Origin: Malacoraja senta
Lineage: Eukaryota
Assembly (NCBI GenBank): GCA_038087875.1
Contig: CM075988.1
Coordinates: 27,220,001-27,284,000, forward strand
Direction of reading: 5' to 3'
Length of the DNA stretch: 64,000 nt
Part shown: positions 26,496 to 38,010 of the stretch, in pieces
How positions within the stretch are numbered: the first letter of the stretch is position 1
How the letters are laid out: the number at the start of each line of letters is the position of its first letter
The notes under the pieces: generated by a model
What the model saw: only the letters and a program-made list of their open reading frames with translations
Told to the model about the DNA's origin: nothing
Databases searched by the model: none
Position numbers and translations under genes: made by a program

Positions 26496-28069
26496 CATAC
26501 TATAGTACAGAGAAGAGGACAGCACAGGAACAGGACTCTAAACCCACATGACCCCAACTGAAATGAATCTCTTCTGCCTGCAGATGAACCCTATCTCCCC
26601 ACTCCATGATTTTGTTTTTATTAAATAGATTAAAGGATAAAAGATACACAAATATAGTATTTACCACACAACCAGTAAGGATAATGTTTACCATGTTGCT
26701 CAGAACTGTGGAGAACCACTTTGTAATCATGTTTTGAGGTTATCAGCAGAAGAAATCCTCATCATAGATGTCTTCTGCCTTCTATTCGCTATCTTACAAT
26801 ATTCCTTATTTCTCAATGAAATTGCCCATTGCTTCCCACATTACAACAAATACCCTTCAGATGTTGGCTTGGGGAATACAATGGGGAATTCCTAAATTGC
26901 AAAAATCCATGTAAATGCAAATCTTGCCATTTCCCCCCAAGCTCCAGAGGCGGATACAATAATGGCACTTACAAAGCTTTGGAATAGGCACATGGATATG
27001 CAGGGAATGGAAGGATATAAAACACATGCAGGTAGAGGAGATTGGTTTAGCCTGGCATCATGTTAAACACAGACATTGTTGGTCGAAGGGCCTGTTCCTA
27101 TGCTGCACTATTTTATGTATGAACTATCTAATAGTTTTTCCCATGTCTTCAATGTGTGGGGAACGAGGTTGGTCCTAGCATTGTTGGTCCTAGCATGGTT
27201 GGTCCTAGTGAATGAGCTAATAGTCAAATCTAAAATGGAGTCGTTCTTCTACAAAAGCATGGACTAGTAGAACAAAAGAATGGCTCGGTGCCAAGTCTGA
27301 ATGACTTTGTAAATTATATGGAACACAATATGGAGGACAGGTTGTCTTTTCAATAAAGAAATTAAGATGGAATCCTGCAGTAATAATGTGCTTCTTTCAA
27401 AGCCAAGATTGAAAAAATAGCTGACGCTCAAGAGTTGTTATTGGATGAGCTTGATTTGCACCCAACTTTTCCTATATTCTGAAAGGCTGCAGAATTTTTC
27501 AGTCATGCTATATTCAGACTTGATAGGAGTGTTTTACTGATAAGAAAAATTTGTAATTGTGCTAACATTCCTTTGTTCTGTGAGTGGAGCCCGAGAAGCA
27601 CTGAGCAACGTTTGTGCTCATTGTAGATTTTGCCACTCCCGTCTGACGAATCAATTAAAGATTGCCATGGTTTACCTTTAACAGTTTTTGTTGCTATCTA
27701 CTTTTTAAGAAACAAACTTTGACCCTAACATGGTTGGTCCTAGCATGGTTGGTCCTAGCATGTTCATGAGCCTTCAGGCATGTGGTCCTCCTCACTTCTC
27801 TCCATTTCAGCTTTCACCCTCAGCCTGGTCTACACAATTTCCACTTGCATATCATCTTTAAAGCAACATTGCAGCCCAAGGTATTTCACGAAAATGTTCT
27901 GAAGGCCTGACCCTGAGCCACAGAAGGAATTAGAGCTGAAAATGAAAGTTTGGGTGACGAGACAGGTTTTAAGAAATGTCTTAAAGATGGAGATATGTGA
28001 AGACTTAATGGAGGGATTATGGAGCAGATGAAAGCACAGAATCTGGTAGAGAGATTATTTGAATTGAAT

Positions 28070-28655
28070 TGAATTGAAAGACACAGCATATAAACAGGCT
28101 CATTGTCCCTCCGGGTCAACACTGAGCATTGATCTCCAGTTCACACTAGTTCAATATTAAAATCAAAGCTGCCACAAACAGACATAAAAACAGCTTTTTT
28201 TCCACGAGTAGAAGCTCTACTCAATAACCAAAAATCTGTAGCCTCCTTTTGCTCTGGTATTTTATTTAATTCACATGTTTAATCGATAATGTTTTATTAT
28301 TAATGTTTAATGTTTTATGTGTCATCCCTAACTGTCACTGTATGTCATGTTGTCACTTGCGGGCAGAGCACCAAGGCAAATTCCTTGTATGTGAATACTT
28401 GGCCAACAAACTTATTCATTCGTTCATTCATTCATTCATTCATTCATTGTCCCACTTTCCCATCCACTCCCTACACACTAGGGGCAATTTACGGAGAGCC
28501 AATTAAGCTATAAATCCACATGTCTTTGGGAAGTGGGATGAAACTGAAGCATCCAAAGGATACCCATGGGGTCACATGACAGACAGCATCCGAGGTCAGG
28601 GTCGAACCAGGGTGTCTGGCGCTGTGAGGCAGTAGCTCTACAAACTGCGCCCTGA
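28070..28655 (-). mobile_element. HE1/V-type SINE interrupted by a plus-strand Rex1-type 3' end (about 28160-28445) with a (TTCA)n tail
   Basis: SINE halves rejoin at CACTAGTTCAATATT / TGTCCCACTTTC; the insert ends ..GGCCAACAAACTTA(TTCA)n. Confidence 0.7.
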
Positions 28656-29009
28656 GTCATGAGGCTTGCAGTTTATAATGCAAGCTGTGCATCATCTAAC
28701 AATGGCTCCTCAACGTCACACGTCTTCTCCGCTTTTCCCTGTGGAATTCAGCTTTTAAATATTCTTCAGTTTAATTGCAGAATTTAACTCTCCAAAATAG
28801 ACTACAGAAAAGATTAAGGTAACAATCAACTTAAGTGCTGTAATCTTTCTCTTTCCCTCCTACACTCCCAGATTCAGGGAGAAAAATACATCGTGAATTA
28901 TAATATTCAGACTCTTTTATGCCAAATAAAAGCCAAAAGATGTGACTTCAAATGACTTATTATGTGATCAAGATCTGCTCAAAGTTCACTCCCACCACTT
29001 GTATAGATG

Positions 29010-29330
29010 CCTTAACCCTGAAATATGATGACAGATAGGTATTTGTAAAGTTGAAGTGCAGTCACTGTGGACGCAGGGCAGTTGATATAGACCCAACATG
29101 TTCACAGGAGCACAGTGACAGCTATCATTTAATTTGAAGAACTAATGTTGACCGACAGATAAATATTGGCCTGGAAACTGGAACCCTGCTCTCTGAAATG
29201 TTGTCATGAGAATATATACTGTACCTGAGAGGGCAGGCTGGGACTGTAAACATACTTTCCAAAATTACATCTTAATAGTATGACAGAGATTGATATTAGT
29301 GCCCTGCCAGATTATTCAGCATCATGTCAG
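29010..29330 (-). mobile_element. Old Deu-domain SINE (SacSINE1-like), highly diverged
   Basis: Ordered blocks GTCACTG..GATAAATATTGGCC..CCCTGCTCT..GAAAT..CATG..ACCTGAGAGGGCAG match my recollection of the reverse SacSINE1/DeuSINE consensus. Confidence 0.55.
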
Positions 29331-29404
29331 ACCCCATTGTCTACATTAAATTACATTGAAGATCAGTGATTCTTGTGAAGACATAAAATATCCACCCTCA
29401 ATCC

Positions 29405-30200
29405 GAAGATAAACACAAAATGCTGGAGTAACTCAACTGGAAAGGCAGCATCTCTGGATGACTTTTCGGGTCCAGACCTTTCTTCAGACTGTCCTCAATC
29501 CAACTTACAGCTGGCCAGATGGTACCGAAGCCCGAATCACCACAATTTCAGATTCAGGAGCAACTACTTTCCGACAACCATCAGGTTCTTGAACTGACAT
29601 GCACAACTCTAATCCTATTTCCTACCCCCCCCCCCCCCCCCACACCTCAATTCTACCTGTTTCTCCCCTCCCCCTACATTCTTTCCTACAGCTTCACAAT
29701 TTAAAACTCTTCAATTATTTTCACACCTTCTGTCTTTTCATCTGTGACCTTTGCAAAACCATCTGCCTATCAAAAACCTCCCTCACCTGTATCAACATAT
29801 CACTTGACAGGTTTTGTCCTGCTCTCCTCCCTTCCAGCTTTCTACCTTCACCTCCCCTCCCCACTACAATCTGTCTGAAGAAGGGTCCTAAACCGAAACA
29901 TCACCTATCCATGCTCCCCTGAGATGCTGCCTGACCCAAAGTTCCTCCAGTACTTTATGTCTTTTTTTGTAACCAAACATCTGCAGTACCTTAGAAAGAC
30001 ACAAAATGCTGGAGTAACACAGCGGGACAGGCAGCATCTCTGGAGAGAAGGAATGGGTGACGTTTCTTCAATCTGAAGAAGGGCCTCGACCTGAAACATC
30101 ACTCATTCCGTCTCTCCAGAGATGCTGCCTCCCGCTGAGTCACTCCAGCATCTTGTGTCTATATTTGATTTAAACCAGCAACTGCAGTTCTTTCCTACAC
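29405..30200. repeat. Cluster of Penelope-type 3' termini / palindromic repeats with three hammerhead-like cores
   Basis: Cores at 29460-29487 (-), 29875-29902 (+, after a pyrimidine-rich tract 29640-29874) and 30073-30100 (+, inside fold-back 29998-30160). Confidence 0.75.
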
Positions 30201-30382
30201 ATCTGCAGTACCTGTCGAAATGTCTTTTAATTGTTGTTACACTACCTGCCTCAACTACCTTCCCTGGCAGCTCGTTCCATATATCCACCAGTTCTCTATG
30301 ATGCATAGAAACATAGAAAACAGGTGCAGGAGTAGGCCATTTGGCCCTTCGAGCCAGCACTGCCATACGATATGATCATGGC

Positions 30383-30583
30383 TGTAGATTGGCTATTGCA
30401 TGTTAGCCAATCAGATTGCTTAGTAATTATAATTCCGCCTAATGCATGCTTTATAGTGTAAGAACTCGCCTACTGTCTTCAGTAGCTGCAGTAGACTGAA
30501 TGTATGATGTACTGCTTATGTGATGATGACCTGAACATTAAAGATGCTTATACCCCAACCAGTGTGAGAGCGAGGTACTTACA
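30383..30583 (+). repeat. 5' LTR
   Basis: TGTAG..CTTACA; direct repeat of 34871-35071 with 8 substitutions by my count. Confidence 0.97.
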
Positions 30584-30594
30584 TGGTGTCAGAA
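30584..30594 (+). promoter_or_regulatory. Primer binding site, tRNA-Leu type
   Basis: TGGTGTCAGAA is complementary to the ..TTCTGACACCA 3' end of vertebrate tRNA-Leu(CAA). Confidence 0.8.
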
Positions 30595-30670
30595 AACTGG
30601 GTCCAACCCTCGTCTGTTAACCACGATTTATTTTCTTTATCAGTTTTTATTTGTGATTGATTTTGACGAC

Positions 30671-33600
30671 ATGGCTAACTCCTGCCGAAAGCCGAGTCCC
30701 CTGATGTTTGATTCTGACATAGCCGAGCGCTGGCGAATGTTTGAGCGCGACTATGCTCACTACATCAGCATCGTTCACCGGAACGACCGCGACGATCTGA
30801 AGGCATCGCTACTGCTCAATCTAGCGGGTCCGGAAGAAATGATCCGCGCAGAAAATGTTGAATTCGTCCCAGCACACCTCGACGCAAATAGTCAGGTCCT
30901 GGTGCCAGCATAAACTATCGACAACCCTACGGTCCTACTGAGAAAGTTTAGAGAACTATGCGACCTGCCATCGAACCGTATCCTCGAGAGAACACGCTTC
31001 TTCGCCCGACAGCAGCAGGTCGATGAACCTGTCGAACAATTTCTCAGTGATTTACGACACATGGCTACACGGTGCCACTTCGGTGAGTTGACTAATGATA
31101 CATTAATGATACACTAATGATACTAATGATAACGTGATAAAATTGTGGGAGGAATGAGCGACCACAAGCTAAGAGCTGAACTGCTTCGGAACACTGAACT
31201 TACTTTAGAACAAGCCATCCATTTGTGTCGAATGGCTGAGGTCGTGGCCCACTAGCAGATTTTGACCCTGCCAGCCCTCAACAGCAACATAACGTAAATC
31301 TAGCAAACTACTCTCCACAGAAATTTTTAAACGCATCTCGCAAAGATCCCAATGTGCCTGCCACGCGATGCCCCAATTGCAATTACTTCCACTCTAGGGG
31401 GGCGCCAGTTTTGCGTCGCTCATGGGAATGTTTGTCACAACTCCAAGAAGCTTAATCATTTTGCCACATGTTGCCGATCTCGTGGGAACACTGCTTCAAG
31501 GACAAATCTGCACCTGCTTGAACAAGAGCTGTCTGACTCCGATTCCCAAGAAGAAGACGACGCTTCCCACGGGAATGATTCTGATAACACAGACAACGAC
31601 TCAGCTGTGCTGTCCCTCCTGCGCTCCTCAGGCAAGCTGTTGGATCCTGCAGTGACCATGGTAATAAACAACAAGGCCCTTACCGCCAAGGTCGACACTG
31701 GTGCAAAGGTGAACGTAATGTCATTCAGAGAGTTCAACAAGATAAGGAGCACTGAACTAATGAGAAAGGACTCCTCCACCCTACATGCCTACGGGGGGGG
31801 GGGGGGGGGGGGGAATCCTCCACCCGTTGGGTAAAGCTGATTTGAAATGCACTGTCAAAGAGCAAATAAAAAAACTAATGTTTTACATTGTCCAACCTAA
31901 CTCTGAAACCCTGCTTGGCATTAACGCATGCCATGACCTGGGGCTGGTTTATTTCAGGTGTGCTGTCCACAAACTCTGCCTGACAGAGAAACCAACACAG
32001 CAGATGCTATCCCAGTACAAAGACCTGTTCGATGACAAACTCGGCAAGCTGCCCACGATATACAAGATCACTGTAGATCATGCAGTCACACCAATAGTTC
32101 GAGTGCCCCATCGCATTCCCCATGGTATGCGGAAGAAAATACACACCGAACTTAAACGCATGGTCTCCATTGGAGTCATTGCTGAGGTCAGTGAACCCTC
32201 TGACTGGGTCTCCACCGTGGTCGTAACCACCTAGAAAAACAAAGAAGAGTTGCGAGTCTGCATCAACCCCAAAGATTTAAACACAGCAATCAAACACCCA
32301 CACTACCCGATGAAAACCACTGAGGACATAGCTGTGCAAATTGGAAATGCAATGGTGTTCTCGGTCCTTGACGCCAAAAGCTCTTTCTGGCAAATTCCAC
32401 TGGACCAGGCATCGTCTGCCCTAACAACTTTTGGCACGCCATTTGGCCACTACAGATTTTTAAGGATGCCATTTGGCATCAACTCTGCCAGCGAAGTCTT
32501 CCAGCGTGCAATGGAACAACTGTTTGCGGAATATCCATGTGCATCATTGTTGACGACATCCTAGTCTACAGCCACGATGAAGAAGATACTGAACCGTGCC
32601 AGAGACATCAACCTCAAACTCAACCCTCTTAAATGCAAATTCCGGGTTCCGGAAGTCACCTACGCGGTCATGTATTTACCAGCAACGGATTAAAACCTGA
32701 TCCGTTAAAGACTGCAGCCATCAACGAACTGCCGGTCCCAATCGACGTCACCAGTTTGCAACGTTCCTCGGCATGGTTAACTACCTGGGTAAATTCATTC
32801 CCAACCTCAGCGAACTTTCTGCGACAACTGACCGACAAGGACAGTGCATGGTCTTGATACCACCAGCACCAAAGAGCCTTCGAGACATTAAAGCTCCAGC
32901 CAGCAAGCGCACCTACACTGGCATACTTCAACCTCAATCTGCCAATCACCGTTACCTGCGATGCCTCTCAGTACGGACAGTACAAACAACTACCGACGGC
33001 GATGTGATGCCTGTCTCCTATGCATCACGTACCTTGACAGACACTGAACAACGTTATGCCCAGATTGAGAAGGAACTGCTCGCCGTCGTCTTCGCCTGCT
33101 CGAAATTCAAAGACTTCATCTTTGGCAAAACCTTTACTGTCGAGACTGACCACCAGCCACTAGTCACCATCCTAAACAAGCCCATCCACGCCGCCCCACC
33201 TCGTCTACAACGAATGATGATGCAGCTGCAGCGGTTTGACTTCCGCATCGTATACAAGAAAGGTAAAGACATGCACATCGCGGACACGCTCTCCAGAGCC
33301 CCGCGGACCACCAGCGAATGCCACCCCATCGAACAGGACGAATTCTCAGTCCTGAAAATCTCGTTCGTGCCTTCCGACCATTTACACCGCCTTGCCGAAC
33401 ACATAGCTGCGGATAAAACTTCACAGCTGCTGACCTCCGTTATAAGAAACAGATGTCCAAACAAACAGTCAAGCACCCCATTTGAAATACGATCCTACTT
33501 CCTGGTTCGTGACGAGCTAGTGCTACAGGACGGAATAATCGTCAAAGGCCATAAAGCTGTCATCCCCTGCACTCTGTGGAGTGAGTACTAGATACAGAGT

Positions 33601-34801
33601 ACTCTGGTACAGAGGCCACTCTAAAGCGAGCCCAGAACATGATCTACTGGCCCGGGATGACAAGGTACATACGTGATAAGACCGAATCATGTGCCATCTG
33701 CAACAGTTTAACACCGCACCAACAGAAGCAGCCCCTCTTGCCACAGCCAGTTCCCTCCCTTCCGTGGTCGTCACTGCCCGCCGACATCTTTGAATGGCAT
33801 GGGAAGCACTACCTCAACCTTGTAGACTCCTACTCAGGCTGGTTTGAGATCGACCTACTACCTCTGAAATCGTGATCCAGAAACTGTCAATCCATCTGTC
33901 CGTGCATGGTGCTCCCGTTCGCCTTCAAACTGGGAACCCAATTCACCAGCCAAAAGTTCAAGAACTTTGCCAAACGGTGGAACTTTCAACATGTCACTAG
34001 CAGCCCTGAGTACCCACAGTCCAACGGACTTGCTGAACGCGCTGTTCGCAGCACTAAACAACTCGTGGAACGCTCCTTCCTAGCGAAATCCAACATCTAC
34101 CTGGACCTGCTAAACTTACGGAACATTTCAAGAGACAGTATTCTTGGCTCCCTCGCCCAACGACTAATGACCCGCTAGACGCGTCCTCCACTGACTGTCT
34201 CCCAGCAACAGCTGCAGCCGCAAGTCCGCTCTCCCACTGTGATACAAAAACGTGTACACTTTAAACGCAACACACAGAAGCGTTTCTATGACAAAACTAG
34301 CAAGCCCCTCAAACCACTTATACAAGGACAAGTGGTACGCCTACAAACTGACAAAGAACATACCAAACTGGGACATATTCATGGCCCCTCAAAGGAACCA
34401 CGCTCCAACCTGGTCGAAGTGTCCTCTACAGCAGCAACCGTCAACACCTCCTTCCTGTGAAGGAACATCGTCCGGCATCCCCTGGTCTTGATGCCCCACC
34501 GCTCGTGTTCACACCAACACCTGTTGCAGCTGTTGCATCACCTGCTGCGACCAAGTCCGCCCACTCCCCGCGTCAGTCTGCCCCTGCGTCTCCTGTTGTA
34601 AACGGTACCCCGTGCTCCCCGCGTCGGTCCACCCCCGGTTTCCCCGCGGCGGTCTCTCCCCACAGACCCATTGGGTCTCCTGTGGTATTACCAACCCCAG
34701 CCCCCATCTTTTCGGAAGGAAAGGGTGATGAGGCAGCCCCCTACCGCACGAGGACTGGGCGGGTTAGTAGACCACCCATTAGATATGGCGATTTTGTTTA
34801 A
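30671..34801 (+). pseudogene. gag-pol pseudogene of the Gypsy element
   Basis: Gag LLLNLAGPE..ERTRFFARQQ, knuckles CPNC..H / CHNSKKLNH..C; protease KVDTGAKVN; RT LDAKSSFWQI..RMPFGI..IVDD; RH YAQIEKELLA..TDHQPL; IN YWPGM..CAIC..VDSYSGW..SNGLAERAVRS. Many stops and frameshifts, and a G21 run at 31793-31813. Confidence 0.95.
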
Positions 34802-34870
34802 CCCTACTATTATTCCCTCAGCTTACCGTTTAAAGTGCCTTAGTTGCTTTTTCATTTCTACAAGAAGAGA

Positions 34871-35071
34871 TGTAGCTTGGCTATTGCATGTTAGCCAATC
34901 AGAATGCTTAGTATTTATAACTCCTCCTAATGCATGCTTTATAGTGTAAGAACTCGCCTACTGTCTTCAGTAGCTGCAGTAGACTGAACGTATGATGTAC
35001 TGCTTATGTGATGATGACCTGAACATTACAGATGCTTATACCCCAACCAGTGTGAGAGTGAGGTACTTACA
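34871..35071 (+). repeat. 3' LTR
   Basis: Direct repeat of 30383-30583, preceded by AAGAAGAGA. Confidence 0.97.
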
Positions 35072-36206
35072 ATGGCTGATTATCTAAAATCAGTACCCCG
35101 TTCCTGCTTTTTCCCCCGTATCCCTTGATTCCATTAGCCCTAAGAGGTAAATCTAACTCTCTCTCTTGAAAACATCCAGTGAATTGGCCTCCACTGCCTT
35201 CTGTGGCAGAGAATTCCACAGATTCACAAATCTCTGGGTCAAAACGTTTTTCCTCATCTCAGTCCTAAATGGCCTACCCTGTTAAACTGTGCCCCTGGTT
35301 CTGGACTCCTCCAACATCGGGAACATGTTTTCCTACATCTAGCCTGTTCAATCCCTTAAGAATTTTATATGTTTCTATAAGATCTCCTCTCATCCTTCTA
35401 AATTCCAGTGAATACAAGTCCAGTCGGCCCATTCTTTCCTTCTATGAAAAGTTGCTCCTCAAGTTCCAACTAAATCTTTACGCTCTCAATTTAAACCTTT
35501 GTCCTCTGGTTCTTAATTCCCCCTACCCCGGATAAAAAGAAGCATTTACCCTATCTATATCCAACTCATGAATTTATACGCCTCTATAAGAGCAACCCTC
35601 AGCCTCCTATGCTCCACTGATTGTGCCATGATCAGCCATGATCACATTGAATGGCGGTGCTGGCTCAAAGGGCCGAATGGCCTACTCCTGCATCTATTGT
35701 CTATTGAATAAAGTCCTAGCCTGCTCAACCTCCGCTTATTGCCCAGGCCATGAAAGTCCTGGCAACATCCATGTAAATCTTCTCTGCACTCTTTCCAGCT
35801 TAATGGTATCTTCCATCCAGCAAAGGCACATGATTGACCAGTTAAGCTGTTTGGGTAGTCATAGTCATAGAGTGTGAAACAGGCCCAACAGCCCAACACA
35901 ATAAATCGTTCAGTACTTTTACCCAGACTTCTGTTGTTATTTTCTATTAGAAAGGAAAGTGTCCTCTATTGCTCTTGCTCTTGTTTTGAATTTTAGCTGT
36001 CATGCAGAGATCTACCAAAAATGGCAGGGAAATGAAACCTCAGCTCCCTCTACAGACAATTCAAGACTTTGCAGGCATGAATAGGAACCAAAAGAAGTAA
36101 AGGAAGAGGATGGAGAAAGTTCTGTTTTCATTTATAATATAATACATGAACGTAGAGAATAACAATTTTACTTCGGAGTCACGTGAGTTCCACGCAAGTT
36201 TATCAT

Positions 36207-38010
36207 GGAGAAAGGGCGCAGGGGAAAAAGACGTACCGCAGGTAAACCCCAAGTTTCAGAGGGTAGCGGGCGTCAGTTAGACTCCCGTTGCGGTCGAAAG
36301 TGCCGTTATACCACCGGTGGGGCGCAAGGCAGGACAAAATTCCGTACGACCAATAGACTCCGATGAGTCAGACCCGGAGGAATACCCTCCTCAGGCAGGA
36401 AATGTTATGGCTGCCAGGGTCGCAAGTTTGGAACTCCTTATGGGGAAAATGATTTATAAAGAACCCCCACAGGAGGAATTCAGTCCGTGTTGGCCTATCG
36501 AAGATACAGCACAGGGGGTGCCTTGGATGGGACAGGCACAAGATTGGCCTACAGGAGAGCCATCAGGATTGCCTGTGCAGAGACAATACAGAGGTTGGCC
36601 TACAGGAGCCAGTGCCCGAAATGCCAGCAAAAAGGCAGTATATGTGTTGGCCTACAGGAGAGCCAGTACTAGAAATGCCTGAACAAAGGCAGTACAAACG
36701 TTGGGTGAGAGATGTGCCAGCACCGACAATGTCTGAAGAAAGACAAATTAAGTGTTGGCCTAGAAGTGAGCCAGCACCAGCAGCACCTGAAACAGGGCTG
36801 CCTATCCGTGGGCCTACAGGAGAGCCCGCGCAGGGGGAATCTGGCAGAGACTTTACTATGCGAAGGCCGATGGAAGGGCCAGGGCTAGACTTACCTGGAA
36901 CAGGGATGCCAGAAATTTCCCATCAGGAGGAGGAAAATCTTGATTCAGATGATGATTTATATGAGGACCAGAGCCCATTATCAGAGCTCAAAGTACCAGG
37001 GCTGGCACAAAAATTTGCTATTCCCAGATTAACAGGGGAACCTTTGAGAGATGAAATAGCAATGACTATAAATTATCTGCTCTCTCATCAGCTCCAGGAA
37101 TTAACTACGGATAAGACTGTTAAAAAATATGAGACCCCGGAAAATTGATTGATTTATTTCTTGTCATTTGAGCGCTCCGAGGACGGCCAGCTCCGCAGGC
37201 TCCGCGACTGGAGCCCCAGGTCGTCCCGGTCGGAGGCTGCTCCACGGAGCTAGGCCCCAACGACAACGGAGACCCGACAGGGAAAAGGTCGGGTCTCCCG
37301 TGCAGGGAATAGATTTTTTTTTAAGTTTCCCCCTCCCCCCCCACCCCACATATACACAATTAAAACAGTACCAAAAAAATACAAACAACTACATTTAACT
37401 AGACAAAAATAAAATAAAAAGACAGACGGGCTGTAGGGGCCGCTGCAGTAATCCGCGCCGCCGCACTAGCTGCAAAATTGTGCACTGTTAGCAGTTCCAG
37501 CAGTGAATAACTTAATATGGGGCTATTTGGGCATTGGATTATGCTCACAAGAATTAAAATTACAAAGAGTGCTGAGATTGCTGGGGTCAGGCATTACGGC
37601 GTTTGCGAGAGGGTTGGATGAAGAACATGTATCTGATTCACAACAAGATGCCTTAGCACTCATGTGTAGTGCGCACTTTGAAATAAACTGTATTCGTAAA
37701 AGTGCAATAAGACCGAATATTCATCCTAAGTATGCAGGGCTCTGTAAATCATCCAAAATACAAATGCCTAATCTGCTTTTTGGAGAAAATCTAGCAAAAA
37801 AGTTAAAAGACCTAAATGAAGAGTCAAAAACCACGATGGGCATGATGAAACCACCTATTTTGAGCAGAGCGGTGCGAAGGCAGTATCCTTACAGACGGAT
37901 GGCTGGTGCTGGAGAAGGAACAAGCCAATCGTACCCATATACGCGTTGGCGTGCTGCACTGGGGATGCGTGGAGGTTACAATGTGCCTACTAGGAGGGGA
38001 CAACATTTGC
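36207..38010 (+). pseudogene. DIRS gag-like ORF1, frameshifted and interrupted at 37148-37473
   Basis: ATG at 36207; KKYETPEN|CALLAVPAVNNLIW rejoins across the insertion; ..IRPNIHPKYAGLC..LLFGENL. Confidence 0.8.
37148..37473 (-). mobile_element. GC-rich non-autonomous retroposon (copy 2, short), TSD AAAATTG
   Basis: AAAATTG at 37141-37147 and 37474-37480; removing it restores the DIRS gag frame; minus-strand tail GACAAGAAATAAATCAAT. Confidence 0.85.

Larger units (their letters stand above)
30383..35071 (+). mobile_element. Full-length Gypsy/Ty3 LTR retrotransposon (Mag-like clade), decayed
   Basis: 201-bp TG..CA LTRs, 5-bp TSD ATGGC (30378-30382 and 35072-35076), PBS TGGTGTCAGAA, purine tract before the 3' LTR, gag-PR-RT-RH-IN order. 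Confidence 0.97.
30302..35440 (-). mobile_element. CR1 3' fragment that hosts the Gypsy element and is itself nested in another CR1 fragment
   Basis: CR1 3'UTR 30302-30382 continues at 35072-35440; TSD TCTATGA at 30295-30301 and 35441-35447. Confidence 0.85.
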
